Source: a virus (lineage: Duplodnaviria; Caudoviricetes). From it: DNA of 27,357 nt. The position numbers were made by a program, and so were the translations under genes. Position 1 is the stretch's first letter; the number at the start of each line of letters is the position of its first letter. The DNA is taken from positions 1-27,357 of the IMG/VR virus record IMGVR_UViG_3300025659_000020. One strand, 5' to 3'. Shown here one piece after another: positions 1 to 8,104 of the stretch. Under the pieces are notes generated by a model, which saw only the letters and a list, made by a program, of their open reading frames with translations, was not told the DNA's origin and searched no databases.

Positions 1-40
1 CCAATTCAACCTCAAATGGAGGTATCTTTTTCTTTACCAT
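1..40 (-). CDS. 5' start of a gene running off the window (MVKKKIPPFEVEL...)
   Basis: ATG at 40, open to the window edge, TATTTATA-type motif upstream at 61-73. Confidence 0.5.
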   Translation of the reverse strand, partial: MVKKKIPPFEVEL

Positions 41-60
41 ATTATATAACTTATATCTTT

Positions 61-73
61 TATATAAATATAA
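61..73 (-). promoter_or_regulatory. TTATATTTATATA putative phage promoter motif
   Basis: The same motif recurs just upstream of minus-strand starts at about 2381-2395, 2525-2535, 2763-2778, 5930-5946, 10023-10037 and 20087-20101. Confidence 0.55.
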
Positions 74-109
74 GAAAAAAATAAAAACGTAATATTTTGG
101 TAATATTAT

Positions 110-427
110 TTAATTTTTTTTACCACGTGCATTTCTGTCACCTTTGGTATCTGAAGAACTACCTCGATTCTTTGAGGTTTCTTTGAATACAATACCATTT
201 TTGGTATGAGATGCATCTTTACCTGTTACGTTTTTACCACTAGCTTTAGCTTGTCTACGAGCTTTGTTGGCCTCTACTCGTTTCGTTACTTGTTCAGGTT
301 TCGAATTAATCTTTTTGTCTGTTTTGGCTTTTACCTTACGGGCTTCGGGATTATTTTCATAATAACGAGCTGAATCTGATTTCTCGGTGATATCGAATAT
401 CTTATTATATATATCTATTAACTTCAT
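110..427 (-). CDS. basic hypothetical phage protein, possibly degenerate HNH-like
   Basis: 105 aa, K/R-rich, GKDASH...NRG segment reminiscent of small HNH-like phage proteins; ATGA overlap with the upstream ORF. Confidence 0.6.
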   Translation of the reverse strand: MKLIDIYNKIFDITEKSDSARYYENNPEARKVKAKTDKKINSKPEQVTKRVEANKARRQAKASGKNVTGKDASHTKNGIVFKETSKNRGSSSDTKGDRNARGKKN

Positions 428-759
428 TGTTCTTTTATAATTATAAATTCACATTTCAGTAAATCCGTTATTTCTTTTTGTCTACGTAAATCTCGTTCAT
501 TCTGTCTACTATGATGTTTTTCATAATATTCAATTACTATATTCTTTTCTTTACTATACCCATCTACCCAATATCCAAGTTCTTTGATATGATATTCACC
601 ACCGTTTTCTGCGTGTTGTAAATCTGTTATACCAAGTTCTTTTGCTCTTTGCTCAAGTATTAGTATTGAACTGATATTATAGCCTGGTATCACTTGGTTT
701 CCATTAAATTTTTTACTATCTTCTAGTAAACAAAGAGGTGTTTCGTGACTTACTTTCAT
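424..759 (-). pseudogene. chimeric ORF: 19-aa N-terminus of an unrelated gene fused to the C-terminal nuclease domain of a Vsr/DUF559-like homing endonuclease
   Basis: Residues ~20-111 (ELGITDLQHAENGGEYHIKELGYWVDGYSKEKNIVIEYYEKHH) are near-identical to the C-termini of 9184..9900 and 19260..19964; the zinc ribbon and NUMOD3 parts are absent. Confidence 0.7.
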
Positions 760-895
760 TTCTATAACTTTTTAATTTATACTTAATATACGAATAGGTC
801 GGCAATAATCCAACCCCACTTAAAAGAAGAGTAAAAATATTTGGATGCCAATGCTCACCACAAAGACCTAATGCATGTTTTATTGCTTCTATCAT
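716..895 (-). CDS. 59-aa small protein with a hydrophobic segment (MIEAIKHALGLCGEHWHPNIFTLLLSGVGLLPTY...), not in the ORF track
   Basis: Hand-translated; ATG 3 nt after the thyA stop; overlaps the next ORF. Confidence 0.65.
   Translation of the reverse strand: MIEAIKHALGLCGEHWHPNIFTLLLSGVGLLPTYSYIKYKLKSYRNESKSRNTSLFTRR
783..813 (-). promoter_or_regulatory. variant of the repeated host-RNAP-type promoter
   Basis: Minus strand TTGGATTATTGCCGACCTATTCGTATATTAA, upstream of the ATG at 759. Confidence 0.4.
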
Positions 896-898
896 AAT

Positions 899-2077
899 TT
901 AATTACTTAAAGGTGCTTTAATTGCTGTTGCTGAAGTGTAGTTTATTAATTCGTAGTCAAATTCTCCATTTAAAATATCTACATTTGATAGTTTAATAGT
1001 AGGTAAATCAAAACCATCTCTACTAACCTGTTCTTTTGCTTGTTCAATATGATTAGAGTATAAATGTACATCACCTAAATTACCAATCAATTCATCAGTT
1101 ACCATATTCACTTCCTTAGCAATCATTTCAAGTAATAAACCATAAGAAGCAATGTTGAATGGTAAACCTAAGAATGTATCTACTGAACGTTGATTCCACA
1201 TTAGAGAAATTGCTCTGGTTGGGACATTAACTTCACTAAATACTTTTTCATTTTCTTCTTTTGTATGCGTTTTAAACATTGTAATATCTTCTGTAGTGTG
1301 TTGACTCATAGGCATATAGGTACTGTTCCATAATCTAAATCTTTCTTCAAAACTCAACTCTCTTGTATAAACTTGAAATCCATAATGGCATGGTGGAAGT
1401 ACCATTTGGTCTATCTCACCAACGTTCCATGCTGAAACCATTAATCGTCTTGAATCTGGATTTGTTTTAAGTTCGTTGATTAGGTTTTCGATTTGGTCTA
1501 TACCATCAATTATAACTTTAATCTCACGAGTCATACCCCCATGTTTTGATTGCGAACCATTGATTACAGGAGCCCCATTTTCATCTAAATATGCACTGGG
1601 TATCCATGGCCTTGAGTTCCAACTTCTCCACTGCGAACCATATCCAGGACCTAAATCACCCCACTTCTTAGCAAACTCATCATCATGTTGAATCATTGCA
1701 ATAAACTTCTCCATTGAGAATTTTCTTTTAGTAGATTTACCTTCTACTCTCTGAACTAGCAAAGTTTCACCGGGGGCATTACCTTTTTCAAATTCCATTT
1801 CATATCTCTTATAAGCATCACCATTCCAAATGTTACATCCATTATTGACAAGATATTTAATGTTCGTATCACCTTTAAGAAACCATAACAGTTCTGTAGT
1901 GATTGTTTTAAATGGCATTTTCTTAGTTGTTAGTAATGGAAAGCCTTCAGACATTGAGTGTCTAATTTGCATTCCAAATTTAGATAAGGTTCCGGTTCCG
2001 GTTCTATCTCCTTTTTCCCTTCCATTATACAGGAGTTCAGCTAAAATACCTCTGTATTGTTCGTCTAATTTATTCAT
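899..2077 (-). CDS. thyA: thymidylate synthase
   Basis: DRTGTGT, FPLLTTKK, ELLWF, SRRLMVSAWN, LPPCH, NQRSVDTFLGLPFNIASY and GDVHLYSNH motifs. Confidence 0.97.
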   Translation of the reverse strand: MNKLDEQYRGILAELLYNGREKGDRTGTGTLSKFGMQIRHSMSEGFPLLTTKKMPFKTITTELLWFLKGDTNIKYLVNNGCNIWNGDAYKRYEMEFEKGNAPGETLLVQRVEGKSTKRKFSMEKFIAMIQHDDEFAKKWGDLGPGYGSQWRSWNSRPWIPSAYLDENGAPVINGSQSKHGGMTREIKVIIDGIDQIENLINELKTNPDSRRLMVSAWNVGEIDQMVLPPCHYGFQVYTRELSFEERFRLWNSTYMPMSQHTTEDITMFKTHTKEENEKVFSEVNVPTRAISLMWNQRSVDTFLGLPFNIASYGLLLEMIAKEVNMVTDELIGNLGDVHLYSNHIEQAKEQVSRDGFDLPTIKLSNVDILNGEFDYELINYTSATAIKAPLSN

Positions 2078-2379
2078 ATTTTTCTTGGTCTTCCTCTTTT
2101 AGATTGAATTCTTAATTTTTTACCATATTTTATCTCACAGTGACGATACAATTGTAATAATGTTCCTCTAAATTTAAGGATTTCATCATCGTAATCTTCT
2201 TTAGTCATTCTAAATTCCTTGGACAATTTTTCTTCCATTTCGTTGATTCTTTTTTCATAATACTCCTTCATACGATGGTCGTTATGTTCATCTTTATTCT
2301 TGTCATACCAACGCTTCCACCGTTCACGTTTTGCGTGTACACGTTCTTCATCAGTATGATATTTCTTCCTTCGTCCCAT
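2074..2379 (-). CDS. MGRKKKY-family leader protein fused to an unrelated C-terminal tail
   Basis: The first 55 aa align with the leader at 19906..20085 (to YYEKRIxEMEEKLSK), then the sequence diverges. Confidence 0.7.
   Translation of the reverse strand: MGRRKKYHTDEERVHAKRERWKRWYDKNKDEHNDHRMKEYYEKRINEMEEKLSKEFRMTKEDYDDEILKFRGTLLQLYRHCEIKYGKKLRIQSKRGRPRKI
2205..2258 (-). pseudogene. stub of an endonuclease N-terminus (MKKESTKWKKNCPRNLE*)
   Basis: Matches MKNESKKWKRNCPSCG of 19260..19964 at DNA level up to TTGTCCAAG (2218). Confidence 0.7.
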
Positions 2380-2444
2380 CTATATATAAATATAAAAGTT
2401 TTACAAAAATCGTTTGGTATTTAGTAGTTTGTATTTAATCTAAA

Positions 2445-2522
2445 TTACATTATTTTGCAGGTGCCACTCGCAGATATCTCTCGTATAATAGTATCTATTA
2501 TATTTTTTAGCTTTATACTCAT
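2445..2522 (-). pseudogene. 25-aa ORF MSIKLKNIIDTIIREISASGTCKIM, possibly a truncated gene
   Basis: Preceded by a TATTTATA motif; ends just before the cassette promoter. Confidence 0.35.
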
Positions 2523-2541
2523 ACGTATAAATATACCTCAA

Positions 2542-2745
2542 CTAAAATTGTGAGCCACTAGTTTCCAAATTGGCATAACTATTTATCTCACCTCTAAATG
2601 TTGAATCCTCAACATATTTGGTAAGAGACCTATTTACTAATTTTTGTAGTGTTATATCGCTATCGAATGATGCCTGTTTGAATCGAGAATAAATATTCTT
2701 GATAATCTTCACCGTAGTTAATTTGGTAGGCGTGTCTTTTGTCAT
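2542..2745 (-). CDS. small phage protein, possible ribbon-helix-helix DNA-binding protein
   Basis: 67 aa; strand-like KLTTVKI followed by two amphipathic helices; promoter motif at 2763-2778. Confidence 0.6.
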   Translation of the reverse strand: MTKDTPTKLTTVKIIKNIYSRFKQASFDSDITLQKLVNRSLTKYVEDSTFRGEINSYANLETSGSQF

Positions 2746-2799
2746 CTCTTTATGTATTTATTTATATATAAATATAAAAAAACAAAAGAAATGAAAATA

Positions 2800-3147
2800 C
2801 TAGGTAAAATGTAGTTTCTCTACTACTCTGGTTAGTTTTATCTTATCGGTTACAAGTACGTTTGATGTACTATGTGCTTTATCTCGGATACCAGTCACCT
2901 CACATTCAACTAATACGAGGTCACGTTCTCTTCTGAATTTCTTTACGAACTTTCTACAATCATCTATATCTCTTAGTACGTGAAATCCCGATGTATACAT
3001 CTTTGATGTCTTTCTACTACCATCACATACCTCTTTGATATCAGCAGTTAACCACTCATTCATTGGTAATTCTCGTGTACCATTTAAGGCATGAAATAAC
3101 GTATGTAATTTACCGTTTTTTCGTTCACAAATTCTATATGCTATCAT
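2800..3147 (-). CDS. hypothetical phage protein (start revised to MIAYRICE)
   Basis: ATG at 3147 lies 4 nt after the upstream stop and avoids the overlap of the 3216 start. Confidence 0.7.
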   Translation of the reverse strand: MIAYRICERKNGKLHTLFHALNGTRELPMNEWLTADIKEVCDGSRKTSKMYTSGFHVLRDIDDCRKFVKKFRRERDLVLVECEVTGIRDKAHSTSNVLVTDKIKLTRVVEKLHFT

Positions 3148-3151
3148 ATTT

Positions 3152-4012
3152 CTACTTAAAATCTTTACAAATTTTACGTTCGGAAAACTCACACCAGTCA
3201 CAAAGTCTGGTAACATTGGTTCGGTAATCTATGTTAGTACGTCTATTTCCATCCTCATCAAATACGGTATCTACAAATTCCATGAATCCTTTCCATGCCA
3301 TGTTTATTGACGGTTTACCATTTGCAGGTACGAACTTACTTATTCTCGGTATTGGGTATTGTGCATTTTCATCTATCTTTCGTTTGAAAATGTGATACTC
3401 CACCCTTATTCTATCCATTGAAACATTATATTTTTCTGAATAAAACTTTTTGTACAATAATAACTGTGATGTTTTTGTCTTATCATTCTTTTGCCATTTG
3501 CTCCAACCTTTCGTTGAGGTTTTGATATCAATTATGATAATTTCATCTGATGATATATCTTGTAATATCACATCTATAAAACCGATAAAATGTACATTAT
3601 CTCGTATCTTGGCATTAAGTGGTAATTCTATACCTAATAACTTAAATCCTGATTTAGAGTAGTATTTGGTTAACTTACTAGTAAATTGTTTCAATGCTAA
3701 TCTACCATCACCGAACGCCTCTTCAAGTTCTTCTTGTGTACACGGATCAACACCTTTTTGTTTCTTTCTGGTATCCGTAAATTCCTTTATCAGATTCTTT
3801 TGCAACAACAAGGTCATATCTATTTCCAATGCTTGTTTCTTAGATACACCGTACATTACGGACAAAAAGTGTTGAACTGTTTCGTGAAGTGCAGTTCCGA
3901 AAATGAAGTGAATGTTACTACCTGTTTCACCCAATTTATCTATATATTGTAACTTATATTTTTGTGGACAACCATGCCACGTAGAATATTGGCTGTAGCT
4001 TACACGTGCCAT
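3152..4012 (-). CDS. PD-(D/E)XK (RecB/Cas4-like) exonuclease
   Basis: SYSQ...CP.KY, GTALH, E...GFID...IIDIKTS, QL.LY and C-terminal CDWCEF motifs. Confidence 0.9.
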   Translation of the reverse strand: MARVSYSQYSTWHGCPQKYKLQYIDKLGETGSNIHFIFGTALHETVQHFLSVMYGVSKKQALEIDMTLLLQKNLIKEFTDTRKKQKGVDPCTQEELEEAFGDGRLALKQFTSKLTKYYSKSGFKLLGIELPLNAKIRDNVHFIGFIDVILQDISSDEIIIIDIKTSTKGWSKWQKNDKTKTSQLLLYKKFYSEKYNVSMDRIRVEYHIFKRKIDENAQYPIPRISKFVPANGKPSINMAWKGFMEFVDTVFDEDGNRRTNIDYRTNVTRLCDWCEFSERKICKDFK

Positions 4013-4261
4013 TTATATTAGTTTTTTCGTTATCTTTAATATAACTTCTTCTTCCTCTGATGTTAATAAATGAGTTGCATCGTATAATTTTCGTATCTCA
4101 TCGTTCCATATCGTATCATTTGCGTTACGAAGTACCGTTCCTTTTTCTAAATGTCCCTCATCTGTTAACCATTCTATTATGTCTGTGATATCATAATCAC
4201 TACAATTATCCAAAAATTCGTCAACATCAACATCGACATCTACATATGTACTATAATTCAT
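4013..4261 (-). CDS. acidic hypothetical protein
   Basis: 82 aa, abuts the downstream gene, promoter at 4286-4317. Confidence 0.75.
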   Translation of the reverse strand: MNYSTYVDVDVDVDEFLDNCSDYDITDIIEWLTDEGHLEKGTVLRNANDTIWNDEIRKLYDATHLLTSEEEEVILKITKKLI

Positions 4262-4285
4262 TTTCTTTATTTTTTATTTATATTA

Positions 4286-4317
4286 CTAATATACAACATT
4301 TTTTTGGATTATCCTAA
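4286..4317 (-). promoter_or_regulatory. repeated host-RNAP-type promoter (variant)
   Basis: Minus strand TTAGGATAATCCAAAAAAATGTTGTATATTAG; same 32-bp span as the other copies. Confidence 0.55.
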
Positions 4318-4563
4318 TTTTTTATAAAAGGATTGTAACTCTCGTAATAATTTAATTATCTTACTATCAGCTTTATAATATTCAGATAAATATCCAAACG
4401 ATTTATCCTCATATGGAATTTCACTCGAATATTCAAGGTGAATCACACGACCTGTACCGTTACACCGTTTACATTTTTCAATAACGTATTCACTATTATG
4501 AGTGCCAACGTCATGACTGGTTTCACCAGTTCCGTTACATGTTTTACAAATTTTTATATCCAT
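4309..4563 (-). CDS. DnaJ-type zinc finger protein
   Basis: Two CxxCxGxG repeats (CKTCNGTG, CKRCNGTG). Confidence 0.8.
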   Translation of the reverse strand: MDIKICKTCNGTGETSHDVGTHNSEYVIEKCKRCNGTGRVIHLEYSSEIPYEDKSFGYLSEYYKADSKIIKLLRELQSFYKKLG

Positions 4564-4736
4564 TATTCTAGTTCTAATTGATTTTCATTGAAAATATGAA
4601 GTAATCCATACCCAACCATTTCACCAACTACTCTAACATCACCTTTTGATGTTACGAATACCGAAACTATTGTACATGGAAATTCATAACCTTTTGGTTT
4701 GTAGGCTTTTTCACCTATTTCAAATTTGTGTATCAT
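4563..4736 (-). CDS. 57-aa SH3-like protein with distant resemblance to DfrB/R67 DHFR, not in the ORF track
   Basis: MIHKFEIGEKAYKPKGYEFPCTIVSVFVTSKGDVRVVGEMVGYGLLHIFNENQLELE; coupled by ATGA and TAATG overlaps on both sides. Confidence 0.7.
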   Translation of the reverse strand: MIHKFEIGEKAYKPKGYEFPCTIVSVFVTSKGDVRVVGEMVGYGLLHIFNENQLELE

Positions 4737-5227
4737 TTCTTTGGTAATTTAAGTTTCAATTTCGTTATCTGTTTAGGATCAATTCCATATTTCTCACATA
4801 CATATTTTATGTGTTCTCGTCCTTCAAGTGTGGCATATAGTATTTCTACGTAATCGGTTGCTTCTCTGATTGAACATTGATAATCTACTTTAATCAAGTC
4901 TATTAACCACGATTCAAATTTTGAATCACCTTTACCCTTTACATATTTCAAGTAATACCTACCTTTTGGTATCAATCCAATGTATACCTTATATAATACC
5001 TCTGGATCTAATGCTTGTGTGTATGGTTGTAACTCTGATATTAGGTCTATCCACTCGTGACGCATTGATAAAAATCTATGTATCATGTAATTGCTCCATG
5101 TTTTTTTCGATGCCTCAGTCAACGTATCCCAATAATTTGGGTCTTGTGTACTCGTTATCATTTTTATATGATCGAAGAGTGTTTTTGGTTTTACTACTTG
5201 TTCTTCGGATTGTTTCTTTTTAGCCAT
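4733..5227 (-). CDS. clamp loader small subunit (T4 gp62-like)
   Basis: LFDHI...WSNYMIHRFLSM...YLKYVK...EA.DY pattern; near the clamp loader ATPase. Confidence 0.75.
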   Translation of the reverse strand: MAKKKQSEEQVVKPKTLFDHIKMITSTQDPNYWDTLTEASKKTWSNYMIHRFLSMRHEWIDLISELQPYTQALDPEVLYKVYIGLIPKGRYYLKYVKGKGDSKFESWLIDLIKVDYQCSIREATDYVEILYATLEGREHIKYVCEKYGIDPKQITKLKLKLPKK

Positions 5228-5810
5228 TATTATTTTTTTTTCTTGCTTCTCTCATTTTTGCTTTGGTTTCTTCTGAATGTTTCTTACCATAAAAAGAATT
5301 AGATTTTCCTTGTTGATTGTTACTCATTTTTGCTTTGGTTTCTTCTGAATGAGTTTTGTCTTTCCAATAATGTACATTATTAGTTAACCATTGTTTTATC
5401 GAATTTGATATTTGTAATTTTGTTTCCTCTGTATGATGTTTGTTATACATAGGATTCAATACACCGCTAAAATCTGGATGATTTTCTTTTAATTTACGTT
5501 TAACTTCAGCTGAAAATTTTCTATTTCTTGCTCCCTCACCTCCATCTGTCATATTTACAAGATTTCCTTCACCTAAATCTTTTCTACCATATACCGATAT
5601 AAGTTCAATTTCTCTTAATTTAGCTAATTCATAATCATCAAATTCATCATAAATTTCTACACTATACCCACACTTGCTTACAACATTGTACCAATGTTTA
5701 TTTCTATTGTGAGTTGAATATGCTCTCTTTTTAGTTTTGCCAATTCCAACATAAAAAATCTCATTAGTATCATTTCGCTTGTGAATGTAAACTATTGCCT
5801 TTTTTCTCAT
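5220..5810 (-). CDS. GIY-YIG homing endonuclease with NUMOD3 repeats
   Basis: IVYIH...FYVGIG...R, E..LI, N.TDGGEG; H(S/T)EETK repeats. Confidence 0.9.
   Translation of the reverse strand: MRKKAIVYIHKRNDTNEIFYVGIGKTKKRAYSTHNRNKHWYNVVSKCGYSVEIYDEFDDYELAKLREIELISVYGRKDLGEGNLVNMTDGGEGARNRKFSAEVKRKLKENHPDFSGVLNPMYNKHHTEETKLQISNSIKQWLTNNVHYWKDKTHSEETKAKMSNNQQGKSNSFYGKKHSEETKAKMREARKKNNNG
5251..5351. repeat. 29-bp exact direct repeat encoding HSEETKAKM (NUMOD3)
   Basis: ctcatttttgctttggtttcttctgaatg at 5251-5279 and 5323-5351. Confidence 0.9.
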
Positions 5811-5928
5811 AATATTTCTCCATACGATGGGCGTTTATTTTCTCTTTATTCTTTTCATAATAAAGTCGATTCCACTCTCGTTGAGCCACTTTTAACTCTT
5901 CCTCAGAATATTTCTTCTTTCTTCCCAT
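5770..5928 (-). CDS. 52-aa MGRKKKY leader protein overlapping the endonuclease start
   Basis: MGRKKKYSEEELKVAQREWNRLYYEKNKEKINAHRMEKYYEKKGNSLHSQAK; hand-translated; three paralogs in the window. Confidence 0.8.
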   Translation of the reverse strand: MGRKKKYSEEELKVAQREWNRLYYEKNKEKINAHRMEKYYEKKGNSLHSQAK

Positions 5929-5944
5929 CTATATATATAAGTAT

Positions 5945-5971
5945 AACACTATGATAAAAACACTATGATAA
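5945..5971. repeat. 13-bp direct repeat with 14-bp period upstream of the cassette promoter
   Basis: aacactatgataa at 5945-5957 and 5959-5971. Confidence 0.8.
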
Positions 5972-5994
5972 TTGGTAATTTATATTGATTCCAT

Positions 5995-6204
5995 TTATCT
6001 TAACGATTTAAGTTGTTCTTGATAAATTTCTTCGAATTCATCCTCTACATCATATATTGATTCCCATGACTCACCACATAGTTGTTCCCAACCCTCACCA
6101 ATCTCATGAACCTCATCAGTATCACGGCGATAGAACGTTGTTACCCCATGTTCTTCTATTTCAAAAAGAATATATTCACATTTCCAAGCGTTATAACATT
6201 TCAT
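5995..6204 (-). CDS. acidic hypothetical protein
   Basis: 69 aa, tightly packed in the operon. Confidence 0.7.
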   Translation of the reverse strand: MKCYNAWKCEYILFEIEEHGVTTFYRRDTDEVHEIGEGWEQLCGESWESIYDVEDEFEEIYQEQLKSLR

Positions 6205-6205
6205 A

Positions 6206-6484
6206 TTATTTCTCCTTTACACCTATACTTTTTAACACCTCTATATACAATTCACTATTAATCTCACCACAGTTACCACACAAATATACTTCAAGTGGTA
6301 TTACTGTATCTGCTGGTTGACCTGTTAGTAATTTGGATATCTTTCTAAATTTTATACCAGAAACAAATACAGTGCCCCCACATTCAGCACATTTCATTTC
6401 TACTGAATCTGTTATGTTAAATTTCGGTTGCTGTGGTTGTTGTTCTTTGAGTGGATTACCACCCATATCTACTGTTTTTCCCAT
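6206..6484 (-). CDS. zinc-ribbon protein
   Basis: CAECG...CGNCG; follows the clamp loader gene. Confidence 0.8.
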   Translation of the reverse strand: MGKTVDMGGNPLKEQQPQQPKFNITDSVEMKCAECGGTVFVSGIKFRKISKLLTGQPADTVIPLEVYLCGNCGEINSELYIEVLKSIGVKEK

Positions 6485-6495
6485 TGTTTTGTTTT

Positions 6496-7449
6496 TTATT
6501 TAATTACACCGAGTATTTGGATAATCGACGCCATAAACGGTATCTCTTTATCTATACTCAATGCATCTTTATGTTGTGATTCTGCTAATATTAATATTAC
6601 CGCCGATGTGTTACCACCTGCATACGTATCCACTTTCTCATACAAAAATGTATATAATTCCGAGAAATCTTGAATCCGAGAATCCGCAATCAATTGTCGT
6701 GAATTCACATACGCATTTCGTGAATCTATATCTGATGATAAAATCTGTACAAGTTTTGCCTTTGTATCTGAATCTATGATATTAGCCACATCTACCTTTA
6801 ATTTACCTTTTGATGAATTAAGTTGACAGGTATTGATAATCTTACGTATATCTGGATACATTGAATCAATAATCGGTACTATATCTGGTAACTCATACGT
6901 TACATTTTCAGCTGTTAATATCTCACTCACCTTTATTGCAACATCTTTTTTTGTTGGTGGTATCACTTGGAATGATTGACACCTACTCTGTATTGCTGGT
7001 ATGATACGTTCCACGTAATTACACGTAAGAATAAACCTACAATGTCTTGAAAATGTTTCCATTAAATTACGTAATATTGCTTGAGTTGCGGGTGTTAAAT
7101 AATCAGCCTCATCAAGTATGATCACTTTCAAATCTTTGAATCCCACCGTTGATGCAAATCCCTTTACTTTATTACGTACCATATCCACGTTGTTCTCGTC
7201 CGATGCATTGATTGTAATACTATCACATTCAATTGTGTTAACTAGTAATTTAGCCAATGTGGTTTTACCCGTGCCTGGTTTACCATAAAATAACAAATGT
7301 GGTATATCACTATTTGTTAAGTAATCTGCAACCTTTTCCTTTAGATGATCGTTACCGATATATTCATCTAATGTGCGTGGTCTGTATCGTTCACACCAAA
7401 GCGTGTTTGCTTCTTGGTTATCTACTTTTTGTTCTTCGAAAAATCCCAT
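6496..7449 (-). CDS. clamp loader AAA+ ATPase subunit (T4 gp44/RFC-like)
   Basis: W.ERYRP, Walker A GKPGTGKTT, INASDE, Walker B ILDEAD, SRC motif. Confidence 0.95.
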   Translation of the reverse strand: MGFFEEQKVDNQEANTLWCERYRPRTLDEYIGNDHLKEKVADYLTNSDIPHLLFYGKPGTGKTTLAKLLVNTIECDSITINASDENNVDMVRNKVKGFASTVGFKDLKVIILDEADYLTPATQAILRNLMETFSRHCRFILTCNYVERIIPAIQSRCQSFQVIPPTKKDVAIKVSEILTAENVTYELPDIVPIIDSMYPDIRKIINTCQLNSSKGKLKVDVANIIDSDTKAKLVQILSSDIDSRNAYVNSRQLIADSRIQDFSELYTFLYEKVDTYAGGNTSAVILILAESQHKDALSIDKEIPFMASIIQILGVIK

Positions 7450-7453
7450 ATTC

Positions 7454-7786
7454 TTAATATAATTTACCTAATCCTTCGTTTATAATTTGTTCATTGATAC
7501 TCACCGTTTCACCAGCTAAAAAGATAGTTCCAATGTATCTACCATATTTACCCTTTTTATCTTTATTGGTGTGTAATAACACATCTTTATCCAAAATCTT
7601 TTCACGTAACCAATCACGACTGATAAGTCCACTTTCACGTTCTTCACCGCGTAATTCTGGTGTATCTACATCTGCCAATCTAATCTTTTCTGTTATCTTC
7701 ACATTACACCCAAGATCAATAAGTGCAGTTACGGTATCTCCATCATATACTTTTATGATATGTGCTTTGTAGTTATATAATTCCAT
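7454..7786 (-). CDS. staphylococcal nuclease (SNase/thermonuclease)-like protein
   Basis: [29 protein letters not shown]. Confidence 0.9.
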   Translation of the reverse strand: MELYNYKAHIIKVYDGDTVTALIDLGCNVKITEKIRLADVDTPELRGEERESGLISRDWLREKILDKDVLLHTNKDKKGKYGRYIGTIFLAGETVSINEQIINEGLGKLY

Positions 7787-7789
7787 AAC

Positions 7790-8092
7790 TTATATTCCTA
7801 CCATTAATAAATCTGAATCTCTGAATAGTATGTATTCAATGTCATCCAATGTAAGTTTGTCGCCTACCATATCCTGTCGGTACATCACCGTATCACCCTC
7901 TTTTACCGATATTGGTATCTTTGTACCACTTTGGGTATATATACCCTTTCCTGTTGATATAACAGTACCATATACGAACTCACCACGTTCGATTGAATCA
8001 GTTATGATTATACCACTTTTGTTTTTTTCCTCTACTGTAAGAGGTTGTACCAATATTCGATCACCTAATGGTCTATACTTCATTTTTTTCAT
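7790..8092 (-). CDS. groES: co-chaperonin GroES (Cpn10)
   Basis: [29 protein letters not shown]. Confidence 0.9.
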   Translation of the reverse strand: MKKMKYRPLGDRILVQPLTVEEKNKSGIIITDSIERGEFVYGTVISTGKGIYTQSGTKIPISVKEGDTVMYRQDMVGDKLTLDDIEYILFRDSDLLMVGI

Positions 8093-8104
8093 ATTTTTTG
8101 TTTA

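Larger units (their letters stand above)
424..2415 (-). mobile_element. disrupted leader-endonuclease cassette with a ~1.5 kb thyA-bearing insert
   Basis: Cassette 5' part (promoter, MGRRKKY leader, MKKESTKWKKNCP stub) at 2218-2415 and nuclease C-terminus at 424-~703 flank thyA. Confidence 0.6.
5220..5992 (-). mobile_element. leader-endonuclease cassette (GIY-YIG cargo)
   Basis: Upstream ~65 bp and the leader ORF are homologous to those of the 9184..10083 cassette. Confidence 0.7.

Noticed and set aside
3148-3216. Track starts at 3216, 11765, 24508 and 27286
   Set aside because: Better coupled starts exist at 3147, 11720 and 24490, and the helicase frame is open to the window edge
3152-4012. 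Cas4 as part of a CRISPR system
   Set aside because: No array or other cas genes were seen; it is a typical stand-alone phage exonuclease
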